From Candidatus Kerfeldbacteria bacterium (GTDB lineage: Bacteria > Patescibacteriota > Patescibacteriia > SBBC01 > CAIJZX01), in contig JACPSJ010000004.1 of assembly GCA_016193315.1 (NCBI GenBank), positions 65,708 through 129,707 on the forward strand: a DNA stretch of 64,000 nucleotides. Direction: 5' to 3'. Shown piece by piece: positions 23,404 to 32,865 of this stretch. The notes below the pieces were generated by a model, which worked only from the letters and a program-made list of their open reading frames with translations, was not told the origin of the DNA and made no database searches. How positions within the stretch are numbered: the first letter of the stretch is position 1; each line of letters starts with the position of its first letter. A program made the position numbers and the translations under genes.

Positions 23404-23562
23404 ATGCGCAAATCGCCACTCCACACCAAATCCGAACTCCGCGAGCGACGCAAGCGGCCAAGAATGAAAATGTCTGGCGGCTCAGTGCGAAAATTGCAGA
23501 ACATCATCGTTCGCAAGGGACGACGGTCAGACAAACAAAAAATGGGGCCACGATCGTCGTGA
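23404..23562 (+). CDS. Small very basic protein (52 aa; below the ORF-track cutoff)
   Basis: MRKSPLHTKSELRERRKRPRMKMSGGSVRKLQNIIVRKGRR...; TACTACT just upstream. Confidence 0.5.
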   Translation: MRKSPLHTKSELRERRKRPRMKMSGGSVRKLQNIIVRKGRRSDKQKMGPRSS

Positions 23563-23616
23563 CCCCTACGTGTGCATCGGGTGCTCGAAGAGCTTGGAGC
23601 TGTTGATTAGCGTCGA

Positions 23617-24291
23617 TCAGACGTCGCTCTCGATGCCCCCACGGCCACCTTCCCGCCAGGTGACCTTCCGCAGGTACGCGATCAGAAGCTTCCCACGTTG
23701 ACCGTCCTGGTCGGGCCCGAAATTGACGGTGATCTCGCCCGCCCGGGTGAAAGTCACGACCCGCCCATTGACGGTCGTCGTCAGCAGAGCCATGAGAGAT
23801 TTCCCTTCGGCCGCCTTCAGGACAACGAACGTTCCCGCGTCGTTGGGCTGCCGGTCGCTGGCGTCGACGGGTCCGAAGGCCAGTTCGAGGTCTTCGGGCC
23901 GGTCGATGATGAACCGGGCCCAGGGCTCCCGCGGATCTTGGTCTTGACCGCCGAGATGGGTGTACCCGATGGTGGTCAGAGTGCCATTGACCATGACGCG
24001 GGTGTCATCGGCCCCGAGAACCAACGGCAAGCGTAAACGCTGCGTGGTATTCGACCGAACGACGTACTTCGCGCCGATGAACTCCGAGGTAGGTACAGCC
24101 CGCCAGATCTCCATCGACTCGTACTCGGTGACGTTCTCGCCCGGACCGTAAGCGTAGGAGATCGCGAAACTGGTTTCGAGACCGTCAGCCTCCCGACGTA
24201 CGCCGCGTCGGAAGATGAGACGTTCGGTCCCAGCGCCATCCAACTGGTGAAAAACCTGTAGTTCACCACCCAAAACGTCATGGGTGCGCAT
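23617..24291 (-). CDS. Hypothetical protein
   Basis: 224 aa ATG ORF with GAGAGG upstream. Confidence 0.7.
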   Translation of the reverse strand: MRTHDVLGGELQVFHQLDGAGTERLIFRRGVRREADGLETSFAISYAYGPGENVTEYESMEIWRAVPTSEFIGAKYVVRSNTTQRLRLPLVLGADDTRVMVNGTLTTIGYTHLGGQDQDPREPWARFIIDRPEDLELAFGPVDASDRQPNDAGTFVVLKAAEGKSLMALLTTTVNGRVVTFTRAGEITVNFGPDQDGQRGKLLIAYLRKVTWREGGRGGIESDV

Positions 24292-24586
24292 CGGTGACCT
24301 CTCTTTCGTTGGGAGAATTGAGACGATTGCGAACCCGAAAAAATTTCGAGCTCAGTGGAGCCCCGCATCCGTCCCGCCGTTGGCGGGATCTGGTGCGCGG
24401 GTGAAAGGTGCCGCTCGAACTTTTATCACTCTTGGCGTGTTTTTGTCAACCCCGCGTCTCAGGAAAGAAAAAACGGGGTCACGGTGCTTGCGACACCCGT
24501 ATGCTCCCCCAGTCTGTGGACTGGCTTTCTTTAGGCCGCGACGATGTCGGCGTGCGGCCGATCCGACCAACCTGGGGCAGCACCCT

Positions 24587-25051
24587 TCAATATGCCAAGG
24601 TTACAGTACTAGCCCTGGATACACTGGGCACTGGTTCAATGCTCCGGATGATGATCGACGACAGATCAACCTGGCAACCATACCATGGCATGGATGGCAC
24701 CTCGGTGTCGGTACCGCCGACTACGAAGATGATTGCCGTTGGCGAATTGATCTCTCGCCAATTGAATTCGGCTGGACCCAGCGCCACCTGACAGTCCCAC
24801 TGCATGATGGCCGTCTGGCAGCACGGCGGAGTGGGGCGCCGACCGAGATCGACGGCGACATTCCGTCCTTCGGTCATCGGCACCTGCGGTCCGTCGCTTG
24901 ACGAACCGTCGCCGATCCAGACGAACTCGACGGCCACCCAACCTCCGCTGTCGGCGCCCTCGGGGCTGGCTCCCCAGACGATGAACTGAAACATCCAGCC
25001 GATCAGGAACAAGCCGGCGACGGCGATTGGAACGGCAATTGGCCGTTTCAT
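24587..25051 (-). CDS. Hypothetical exported protein
   Basis: MKRPIAV plus TM segment; AAGGAG upstream. Confidence 0.6.
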   Translation of the reverse strand: MKRPIAVPIAVAGLFLIGWMFQFIVWGASPEGADSGGWVAVEFVWIGDGSSSDGPQVPMTEGRNVAVDLGRRPTPPCCQTAIMQWDCQVALGPAEFNWREINSPTAIIFVVGGTDTEVPSMPWYGCQVDLSSIIIRSIEPVPSVSRASTVTLAY

Positions 25052-25313
25052 GATGCGGTATCTCCTTGAGAAAGAGCGTTGAACGAGCCGTTGGGCGGAA
25101 AGGCCCGTTGGCGGGGACGATACACTACAGCATACGTCGGATTGGAAGAATTGCAAGGACGTCGTCCCTCTCCGCCCCCCCTCCTGAAAACGTATAAGAA
25201 AGGCCCGGCGAGTCTTCGAGATGTTACCTCGTTGACCCAGCCGGGCTGTGGGCAGCCTGTCCCCCGTGGCCAGACCACCGCACTACGTGCATGATGCTTG
25301 GCGCCGCCCCGGA

Positions 25314-25796
25314 CTAGCCGGAGACGAGCGCCGCCCAGGCCTGGCCCCGATCGGGGCCGAACTCCTTCCCAAGCGTCACCACGCCGGACAGACGCCGCAG
25401 GTCGAAGCCCTCGGGCTCGCTCGTAGAATTCACGGGGGTCGACGATTCACTCGAGGTACCCTGCATCGGCAAGATGACGTGGTGCCTCGTGGTGTTCCGC
25501 CACCAGCTCACCGCCAGGAAGTTCGCGACGCCCGCCGTGCTCTGCACGGAGGGACCGGCGCTCATGGTCCCGGACGAGATCTCGTTCATCGGGATCTCGG
25601 TACCGCTTTCGCAAAAGTTCGGCGTCCACTCCGCCTCGGCCAGCACGACCGGCGGCGAGTGGTTGCTGACCGTCGCGCAGGCCTGCGTCTTGGCCAGATC
25701 GTTGGCCTGATCGCAGGCCCCGGCCGGCTGAGCGGTGATGCCCAGCACCAGCGCGAGCGCGACGACCATGAGCGGAAGCAGCTTGCGAACACACAT
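25314..25796 (-). CDS. Hypothetical secreted protein
   Basis: Signal-peptide-like N-terminus; GGAGG upstream. Confidence 0.6.
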   Translation of the reverse strand: MCVRKLLPLMVVALALVLGITAQPAGACDQANDLAKTQACATVSNHSPPVVLAEAEWTPNFCESGTEIPMNEISSGTMSAGPSVQSTAGVANFLAVSWWRNTTRHHVILPMQGTSSESSTPVNSTSEPEGFDLRRLSGVVTLGKEFGPDRGQAWAALVSG

Positions 25797-26134
25797 AGCG
25801 CGTTCCTCCCCACTGCGGTTTCCATGTGCCTGACAAGGTGCGGCATCCGTTCACAGGCACGAAAAAACGGACAAAAGGCACCCTAGCATAGCCATCAGAT
25901 TCAGTCAAGACTTAGGCCGGCGGATTTCATCCCGTTAGAAGCGACGTGAGCTGCGGAAATGGAAACCATCCACCCTCGGATACTAACGACTCAAATGCCA
26001 TTGGTGAAAAAGTGGTGCTGGGTTGACAACCAACACCAACAATGGTACTTTGCTACGGATAGCAGATTTTTCTGGTCAGCGGCCGAATCATTTTCGACCT
26101 CATTTCACTTCTCACTTCCCTCTCTCCTATCGCC

Positions 26135-26362
26135 ATGCCCCACTGGGTTAGATCATCAATCCCCATCGTCGAAATCGTCCTGTCAGTTATTCTGGTGGCC
26201 TTAATTCTTCTCCAGAGTAAGGGCTCCGGCTTGTCAAACGTTTTCGGCGGCGAAGGAAATATTTACAGCACCAAGCGCGGCGCAGAGAAGGTGGTGTTCA
26301 TCGCCACCATCATTACCGCCGCCCTCTTCTTCGGCATCGCCTTGATCAATGCGACGCTTTAG
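26135..26362 (+). CDS. secG: Preprotein translocase subunit SecG
   Basis: LILLQSKGSGLSNVFGG...KRGAEK with two TM segments. Confidence 0.95.
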   Translation: MPHWVRSSIPIVEIVLSVILVALILLQSKGSGLSNVFGGEGNIYSTKRGAEKVVFIATIITAALFFGIALINATL

Positions 26363-28187
26363 TGTCCAGGGGGTCTGGTCATGGCTGACCGCTCGGCTGC
26401 CTAGCGGCGACCAGTGGTTCCATCGCCACCCACAATTCGGTCATCCCGAGACTATCCGTCAGGATCATCAGCTAGTATTTGGTTTGTCCCGCGCCCGCAT
26501 CCCGACCACGCGGCAGCTTCGCTACGTGGGGCAAGTCCTCAGTCCGGGCGAACAGTCCTGGGTCCGGCGGTTGAGTACCCTGGCCATCATCGCCGCCCTC
26601 GTCTTACTCGGTAGCTTCCTCAACCGACACATCGCGCTCGTCCCGCAAACCGGCGGCACCTTGACCGAGGGGCTGTCTGGCGTGCCTCAATACCTCAATC
26701 CGGCGCTGGCCCGGTTGAATACCGTCGACGCCGAACTGACGACGCTCACCTTCCGCGGTCTGATGATTATGAACGCCGACTTTCAGCTGGTCCCGGACTT
26801 GGCTGAGCGGGTCGATGTCAGCCCGGACGGAAAAACATACACCATCACCCTCAAACCGAACCTCCGCTGGTCCGACGGTGAACCGCTGACCGCCGACGAT
26901 GTCACCTACACTTTTGAGCTGCTCAGTGACCCGGCGTACCAAAGCCCGTACCTCCAGCTTTTCCGGGCGGTCAAAGTTGAACGGCCAGACCGCCGGACGG
27001 TGGTCTTTCGCCTACCCGAGCCGCTAGCGCCATTCCTGTCCTATCTGACCGTGGGTCTGCTGCCGGAGCATGCCTGGGTCGATTCCACCCCCCAGTCTTT
27101 CGCCTTGGCCGAGCTCAACCTGAAACCGATCGGGAACGGCCCGTTCGCCTTCCATAGTTTGGCCAAAGATCGCGCCGGAAATATTAAGAGTTACCAGCTG
27201 ACCCGCAACAAATACTTCCATGGCCCGGCCCCTTATCTCGACCGCATGGTCATCAAGTTCTTCCCCGATTACGAAGCTGCTCTCGAGGGATTGAAGATGC
27301 ACGCCGTAGACGCCCTGGGTGGCATCCGTCTCGAAGACCTTGACGACGTCAGGCGGGTGGGGACCATCAAGCCGTTCGGCCTGTCCCAGCTGACCGCCGT
27401 CTTCATCAACCAAAAAACTAACGGCGCGCTGAAAGCCAAGGAGGCACGCTTGGCCCTGGCCTACGCCACCGATCGCTCGGCCCTGGTCACTGACGTGCTC
27501 GACGGCACCGGCCGTCCGATTGTCGGTCCGATCCTGCCCGGCTACCTTGGGTATAACCCATACCTCAAGCGCTATGACTTTGACCTTGAGACGGCCAATC
27601 GCATCCTCGAAGACAACGGCTGGAAACGAACCGACGGCGGCATTCGCCAGAAAGGCAGTCAACAATTGACTTTCACCTTTACCGTCGTCGATCAGCCGAC
27701 GCTCGTCGCCGTGGCCAATCGGTTAGCCAAAGACTGGCGTCAAATCGGCGCCCAGGTAGAAATCAAAGCGGTCGATATCAACCACATCCAAAAAGACGTT
27801 CTCCGGCCGCGCAATTACGAGGCGCTGCTGTTCGGGCAGATTTTCACCACCGATCCCGATCCTTACCCATTTTGGCACTCATCCCAACAAAAAGAGACTG
27901 GTTTCAATCTGTCGATTTTTTTCAACAAGAAAATCGATCAAGACCTCGAACACGCGCGCCGGACGACCAGCAACGACGAACGGGCGACAGACTACTTCGA
28001 CTTCCAAAACGTTGTGGCCGAAGAAGTACCAGCCATCTTCCTCTATCAAAATCTCTATCTTTGCGTCCACTCGAAGAACCTGCGTGGCATCAAAGCCGAT
28101 CGTATCGTCAGCGGCACCGATCGGTATCTCGATATCAGCTCGTGGTATCTGCGGACCAGGCCGAGTTGGGTGACGAAGAAAGATTGA
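26349..28187 (+). CDS. Peptide ABC transporter substrate-binding protein (family 5)
   Basis: PDLAE...DGKTYTITL...WSDGEPLTADDV, PIGNGPF. Confidence 0.93.
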   Translation: MRRFSVQGVWSWLTARLPSGDQWFHRHPQFGHPETIRQDHQLVFGLSRARIPTTRQLRYVGQVLSPGEQSWVRRLSTLAIIAALVLLGSFLNRHIALVPQTGGTLTEGLSGVPQYLNPALARLNTVDAELTTLTFRGLMIMNADFQLVPDLAERVDVSPDGKTYTITLKPNLRWSDGEPLTADDVTYTFELLSDPAYQSPYLQLFRAVKVERPDRRTVVFRLPEPLAPFLSYLTVGLLPEHAWVDSTPQSFALAELNLKPIGNGPFAFHSLAKDRAGNIKSYQLTRNKYFHGPAPYLDRMVIKFFPDYEAALEGLKMHAVDALGGIRLEDLDDVRRVGTIKPFGLSQLTAVFINQKTNGALKAKEARLALAYATDRSALVTDVLDGTGRPIVGPILPGYLGYNPYLKRYDFDLETANRILEDNGWKRTDGGIRQKGSQQLTFTFTVVDQPTLVAVANRLAKDWRQIGAQVEIKAVDINHIQKDVLRPRNYEALLFGQIFTTDPDPYPFWHSSQQKETGFNLSIFFNKKIDQDLEHARRTTSNDERATDYFDFQNVVAEEVPAIFLYQNLYLCVHSKNLRGIKADRIVSGTDRYLDISSWYLRTRPSWVTKKD

Positions 28188-28218
28188 AGGTTTAGGTTCC
28201 AATTGGGTGATCAGGCGC

Positions 28219-28247
28219 TTGTAAAAGTTCTTTTCTTTGTGTATCAT
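28219..28247 (+). promoter_or_regulatory. Sigma70 promoter for tRNA-Leu
   Basis: TTGTAA, 17 nt spacer, TATCAT. Confidence 0.5.
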
Positions 28248-28294
28248 CGGAACGTTTCGGGGCAAGGAATTTGCGGTCTACCCGTATAGAAGCT

Positions 28295-28378
28295 GCCGCC
28301 GTGGTGAAATTGGCAGACACGCATGGTTCAGGGCCATGTGGGAGCAATCCCATGTCGGTTCAACTCCGACCGGCGGCA
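28295..28378 (+). tRNA. tRNA-Leu(CAG), CCA not encoded
   Basis: GCCGCCG...CATGG TT CAG GG CCATG, variable arm, GTCGG TTCAACT CCGAC CGGCGGC A. Confidence 0.95.
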
Positions 28379-28451
28379 ACGCCTGTGCGGGTCGCCCACA
28401 GTTCTTGGTCCCAAGCGACCCGCCCCGAAACGAAACTTCTGGTGCAGAAAT

Positions 28452-28544
28452 GGGCCGTGAAGGTACTCCCATGGAGGTTCGCCTGCCCCGCATTTGCCCG
28501 AGTTTCGCAAGGACATAGTGCGGGGACTCCTCTCTCGCCCACCA
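28452..28544 (+). pseudogene. 3' half of a different tRNA-Leu with a 44-nt palindrome inserted in the T loop
   Basis: GGGCCGTG...TCCCAT GGAGG TTCG[28482-28525]ACT CCTCT CTCGCCC ACCA. Confidence 0.7.
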
Positions 28545-28614
28545 GAGAAGAATAATCAACACAAACAGCGATCTTGGCCAATAGCAAAGGGTCTGTCGCT
28601 GAGTTCGAACACCG

Positions 28615-29412
28615 ATGTCTAAAATCGACCTGTCTAGACAATTTGCCAGAAATCTCTGGGCTAATAAGCGGAGAAAAGAGCTTGAAGCCACGATTAGTTA
28701 TTTCTTCGAAAAGAAACCAATTGAATTAGTTGGAGAAATCGCTACAGATCGACTGAGTTGGCAGTTGCAATTGCGGCTTAAGGAACAGCCTCCGCTGGAT
28801 GATTGGGGCTTTATGTTTAGTGAAGTCGTTCACCACCTTAGGGCATCTTTAGATAATGCGGTATTTGCTATTGCTGTCGGCTTAAAATCCTTAACAGAAA
28901 AAGAGAAGAGGGATTTGACATTTCCAATAGTTGAAGATAAAGGTAACTGGCCTCTCGCGCAAAAGCGCATTAGTTGCCTGCCTTCGGAGTATGTTTCGGC
29001 CATTGAACTATTACAACCGTTCAATCATCCGAATAGGAATGATAAGAACACCATTGATGCACTGTCACTTTTGCGCGACTTGAATGATTTAGATAAGCAT
29101 CGAATTCACTTCACCCCAGGGAACAAACTAAATCTTGATAACATACAAAATATGATGGAATTTGAAACTGAGCAGGATGCTAAGGATGACGGTGCTCCAG
29201 AAGTTTCGTTCTATGAACCCGAATTCAAGAACGGACACACTATTCTTAACCAGCGAACAAAACACCGTATCCAGAAGATACGGGGCAGAGTAGAATTTAA
29301 TGCAAGCGCACAAATACTACTGCCAAGCGGAGAAACGGCTAGTGTGTCGCAAGTGCTCATCAATGTTAGGCAGGGTTGCCATATAGTGTTAGACCATCTG
29401 CAATCGATCTAG
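28615..29412 (+). CDS. AT-rich hypothetical protein, possible HEPN-like nuclease
   Basis: 265 aa; HHLRASLD and LRDLNDLDKHR motifs; composition differs from the flanks. Confidence 0.7.
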   Translation: MSKIDLSRQFARNLWANKRRKELEATISYFFEKKPIELVGEIATDRLSWQLQLRLKEQPPLDDWGFMFSEVVHHLRASLDNAVFAIAVGLKSLTEKEKRDLTFPIVEDKGNWPLAQKRISCLPSEYVSAIELLQPFNHPNRNDKNTIDALSLLRDLNDLDKHRIHFTPGNKLNLDNIQNMMEFETEQDAKDDGAPEVSFYEPEFKNGHTILNQRTKHRIQKIRGRVEFNASAQILLPSGETASVSQVLINVRQGCHIVLDHLQSI

Positions 29413-29452
29413 ATCCGCAAGACAAGAATACTCCCCGCTAAGCAACCAAGTT

Positions 29453-29578
29453 TCCGGCGGAGGGACGTAATACGTCCCGAAGCCGGATCGGGCTTCGCCT
29501 GACGAACTGCCTGCCCCGTCGAAGGACGGGGTCCTCCCTGCCTTCGCCGAAGCGAAGCCCCGGCTTCGCGCCGGCAGG
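29453..29578. repeat. Cluster of stacked GC-rich palindromic elements
   Basis: TCCGGC..GCCGGA, TCGGGCTTCGCCTGA, CCCCGTC..GACGGGG, CCTGCC..GGCAGG. Confidence 0.8.
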
Positions 29579-29898
29579 CGCTAGCGCCCACCGCTGACCC
29601 AGATTTTTGGTAGCGGCCCTTGACAAGTCGCTATAAGTCGTGTATCATCCCCGTTCGTCCATTCCCATTCCATCGTGCCCAGAGTTCAGTTCTAGATTGA
29701 ACCTTGCGCGCGATAATCGCGTGGCCCCGCGAAGGAACGTACGACGTTCCGAAGCGGGACCTTACACGGTGATCCCGCCTCATGACTGCGCCGCGTGTCT
29801 CGAGCTTGTCGAGAGACTATCCGCGGCCAGAACACAGTTCTCATCGATTCAATATTCAATCAGCCGTTCCTGTGTTGCGGTTCTCGAAGTAATCCAGC

Positions 29899-31662
29899 AT
29901 GCCAAAAAAATCACGTCCGCGGCCGCGTCGTCCGGAAGGACCGCGTTATACCCGCCGGCCAAAACCAACCAGCACAAAAGGTGAGCGTCCGCCGTCAGGC
30001 AAACAGCAGGCCCTAAAAATAATTCCCCTCGGTGGGAATGAGGAAACCGGCGGCCGAAATATGTACCTGGTACAATGGCGCCAGGAAATCCTGATTATCG
30101 ACATCGGCCTCCAGTTCCCTGAAGAGGACATGCCGGGCGTGGATTACATTATTCCCGACGCCAGCTATTTGAAAGGCAAAGAACGCTGGGTCCGTGGCGT
30201 CATTATCACCCACGGTCACTACGACCACATCGGCGGCGCACCGCACCTCCTGCCGCGACTCGGCAATCCGCCGGTCTATGCCAGCGACCTGACTTGCGCC
30301 ATGCTCCAGAAGAAAATGGAGGACGTGGCGCCGGGCAAAAAGATGCGGCTCAACACCGTTAAGACACGCGACCGGGTTCGGCTCGGTTCATTCCGGGTGG
30401 AATTTTTCGGCTTGTCGCACAACATTCCCGGCAGCTTGGGGGTCATCGTCGAAACGCCAGCCGGCACGGTCGTCCACACCGGCGATTTCAAGTTGGATAC
30501 GCGGGCGCACATCATGAACCGGACCGATCTCGAGGTCATTCAATCCCTTGGCCATCGGCACGTCCTCTGTCTGATGTGCGATTCGACGAACGCCACCACG
30601 CCCGGCCACCAGCTGTCCGAAGCGGACATCGAGCAAAACATTCAAACTATGTTCACCCAAACCAGGGGTCGGATGATTTTCGCCACCTTTGCTTCGCTTC
30701 TGTCCCGGATTCAGCAAATCCTGACCTTGGCCGAGAAGTACAATCGGAGGGTTCTGGTCGAGGGCTATTCGATGAGAACGAACATCGAGATCGGCCAGCA
30801 ACTCGGCTACATCCGGGTCAAGCCGCACACGATCTTGCCATGGGAAGAAATCAAGAAGCTGCCCAAGGACCGGGTTTTGGTAATGTGCACCGGCGCCCAA
30901 GGGGAGGACAATGCCGTGCTGATGCGAATCGCCAACCGCGAGCACAAATATCTTCGGGTCGAACCAGACGACCTGATCATCTTTTCTTCTTCGGTCGTAC
31001 CCGGAAACGAACGTTCTGTGGAGCGACTCAAAGACGGACTCTATCGCGAGGGTGCGGACATCATCGACTACAAAATGCTCGACATCCACGCCGGTGGTCA
31101 TGCCAATGCCGGCGACATTGTCGACTTCATCCGGATGGTCCGGCCGAAATACTTGATGCCGATTGAGGGCAGCTTTTCTCACTTGGTCGAGAACAAAAAG
31201 AACGCCATCAAGGCTGGCATCCCGGCCCCGAATATCCTCCTGGCTGACAACGGCCAAACAGTTGAGTTCGTTGACGGCCGGGGCTTCGCCACCAATCAAC
31301 GTCTACCGATCGAGTACGTCTTCGTCGATGGGCTTGGCATCGGCGACGTCAACCACATCGTCCTCCGCGATCGCAAACAGCTCGCCGACGAAGGAATGAT
31401 CATCGCCGTAGCCCAAATTACCCACCAGGGAAAAATCCAAGGCGTCGACATCATCTCCCGCGGCTTTACCCACATGAAGGAGCAGGGGCGGTTGATTCAT
31501 GAGATGGCCAAAGAAGTCCGCCGCGCGCTGGATGACAAGGAGCTGCGTACGCGCCCCGACAGCAAAGACCTCCGGGAGAAAGTCCACCGTCGCCTGGAGA
31601 AATTCATTTTCCAAAAAACGCACCGGCAGCCGATGATATTACCTGTAATCGTTGAGGTCTAA
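29899..31662 (+). CDS. rnj: Ribonuclease J
   Basis: IIPLGG.EE, THGHYDHIG, HTGDFK, HAGGH, RQPMILPVIVEV. Confidence 0.96.
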   Translation: MPKKSRPRPRRPEGPRYTRRPKPTSTKGERPPSGKQQALKIIPLGGNEETGGRNMYLVQWRQEILIIDIGLQFPEEDMPGVDYIIPDASYLKGKERWVRGVIITHGHYDHIGGAPHLLPRLGNPPVYASDLTCAMLQKKMEDVAPGKKMRLNTVKTRDRVRLGSFRVEFFGLSHNIPGSLGVIVETPAGTVVHTGDFKLDTRAHIMNRTDLEVIQSLGHRHVLCLMCDSTNATTPGHQLSEADIEQNIQTMFTQTRGRMIFATFASLLSRIQQILTLAEKYNRRVLVEGYSMRTNIEIGQQLGYIRVKPHTILPWEEIKKLPKDRVLVMCTGAQGEDNAVLMRIANREHKYLRVEPDDLIIFSSSVVPGNERSVERLKDGLYREGADIIDYKMLDIHAGGHANAGDIVDFIRMVRPKYLMPIEGSFSHLVENKKNAIKAGIPAPNILLADNGQTVEFVDGRGFATNQRLPIEYVFVDGLGIGDVNHIVLRDRKQLADEGMIIAVAQITHQGKIQGVDIISRGFTHMKEQGRLIHEMAKEVRRALDDKELRTRPDSKDLREKVHRRLEKFIFQKTHRQPMILPVIVEV

Positions 31663-31951
31663 AAGAACTTGCTATCCCCGGCACGAAGACAACCACGCCG
31701 CGATCATGTTTGAGTGAAGCCCCGCCCTTTGGCGGGGCGAGCGAGTTATCGCGGCGCTCCAGACAAGCCACCGGCTTGTCTGGAGTCTTTCGGTTCCTTT
31801 TCTGATCAAGCAGAAAAGGAACAAGATCCATTCCCATTGTACCAGTATTCATGCGGGTCTTCTGAGGCCAACGAAGAAACCGCAAAGAACTTGTGGGGGC
31901 GGAATGGAAAGGCACTGCCGGTCGTTGAAAAAACTCCCGGGTACGGGAGTG

Positions 31952-32536
31952 TCAATCGTGAAGACCGGAAACCAGCTGACGTTCAACTGGCTTGACTTGT
32001 CGAGCCGGTGTCAGGAACGCCACCACCGCACCCACGAAACCATGGAGCAATCCGTTGAACAAGCCAGTCCACGGACCGGTGGCCGCGGCAAAGAACAACG
32101 CGCCGAAAGCCAGATCGTCACCATCCTCGGGCGGCTGATCGCGCGATATGCTGAACGACACCGCCGCGACTGCCAGCAGGCTGAGCCAGGCGCCGGTCCA
32201 GTAGCTGATCACGGAGACGATCAGGCCACCCAGCAACCCGGCCAACGTCAGCGCGTAGACCACGATCAGTCCTTCCGCCGAGTCCTCTCCCCGTCGGCGG
32301 GCCCGCCGTTCGACCGACACCATCATCAGACCGTAGTATAGAAACCACAGCGGCCCGAAGAAGCGAAAGATCGAGAACGGCAGCGTCAGCACCACCCCGG
32401 GGGCGATCCGAATCGTGTGCTCGAGATAGGTGCGGGGCGAAATCAACTCGACTAACAGCCAGACGATCAAGAAAGCCCCCCAGGTGCCCAGCACTTGCCG
32501 CACCATGCTGCCCAGATAATCTTCTTCGTGATCCAT
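31952..32536 (-). CDS. Hypothetical membrane protein
   Basis: 194 aa, several TM segments, GGAGG upstream. Confidence 0.7.
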   Translation of the reverse strand: MDHEEDYLGSMVRQVLGTWGAFLIVWLLVELISPRTYLEHTIRIAPGVVLTLPFSIFRFFGPLWFLYYGLMMVSVERRARRRGEDSAEGLIVVYALTLAGLLGGLIVSVISYWTGAWLSLLAVAAVSFSISRDQPPEDGDDLAFGALFFAAATGPWTGLFNGLLHGFVGAVVAFLTPARQVKPVERQLVSGLHD

Positions 32537-32713
32537 CAGACAAATCCTCCTTCATCCTTGAGGTTGTGAGGTGCAGCGTGGACGGAGGGGTTGTAGCATA
32601 AGCTACAGGAGAAAGCAACTCTCGCCCTATTGCGGCGGGAAGACCTGCGCTCGCACCCCGACCGGCTTTTTTGTTTCTGGGACCACCTCGGACATCCCGC
32701 CGGCCAGTGCTTG

Positions 32714-32827
32714 CCCCACACCCGTCATTCTGAAGCCGAATGACGCGAGGCTGAAGAATCTCCTCTTGAGAAGGGAGGTCCTTCATCCCGCAATGCGGGA
32801 TTCAGGATGACGGCGACGGGTGCGGGG
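32714..32827. repeat. REP-like element inside a CCCCRCAC/GTGCGGGG shell
   Basis: CCGTCATTCTGAA...GAAGAATCTC...TTCAGGATGACGG (32722-32813) enclosed by the shell repeat. Confidence 0.75.
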
Positions 32828-32865
32828 TAGTCAAGCAGAAAAGGAACATATACAATACATCCACT

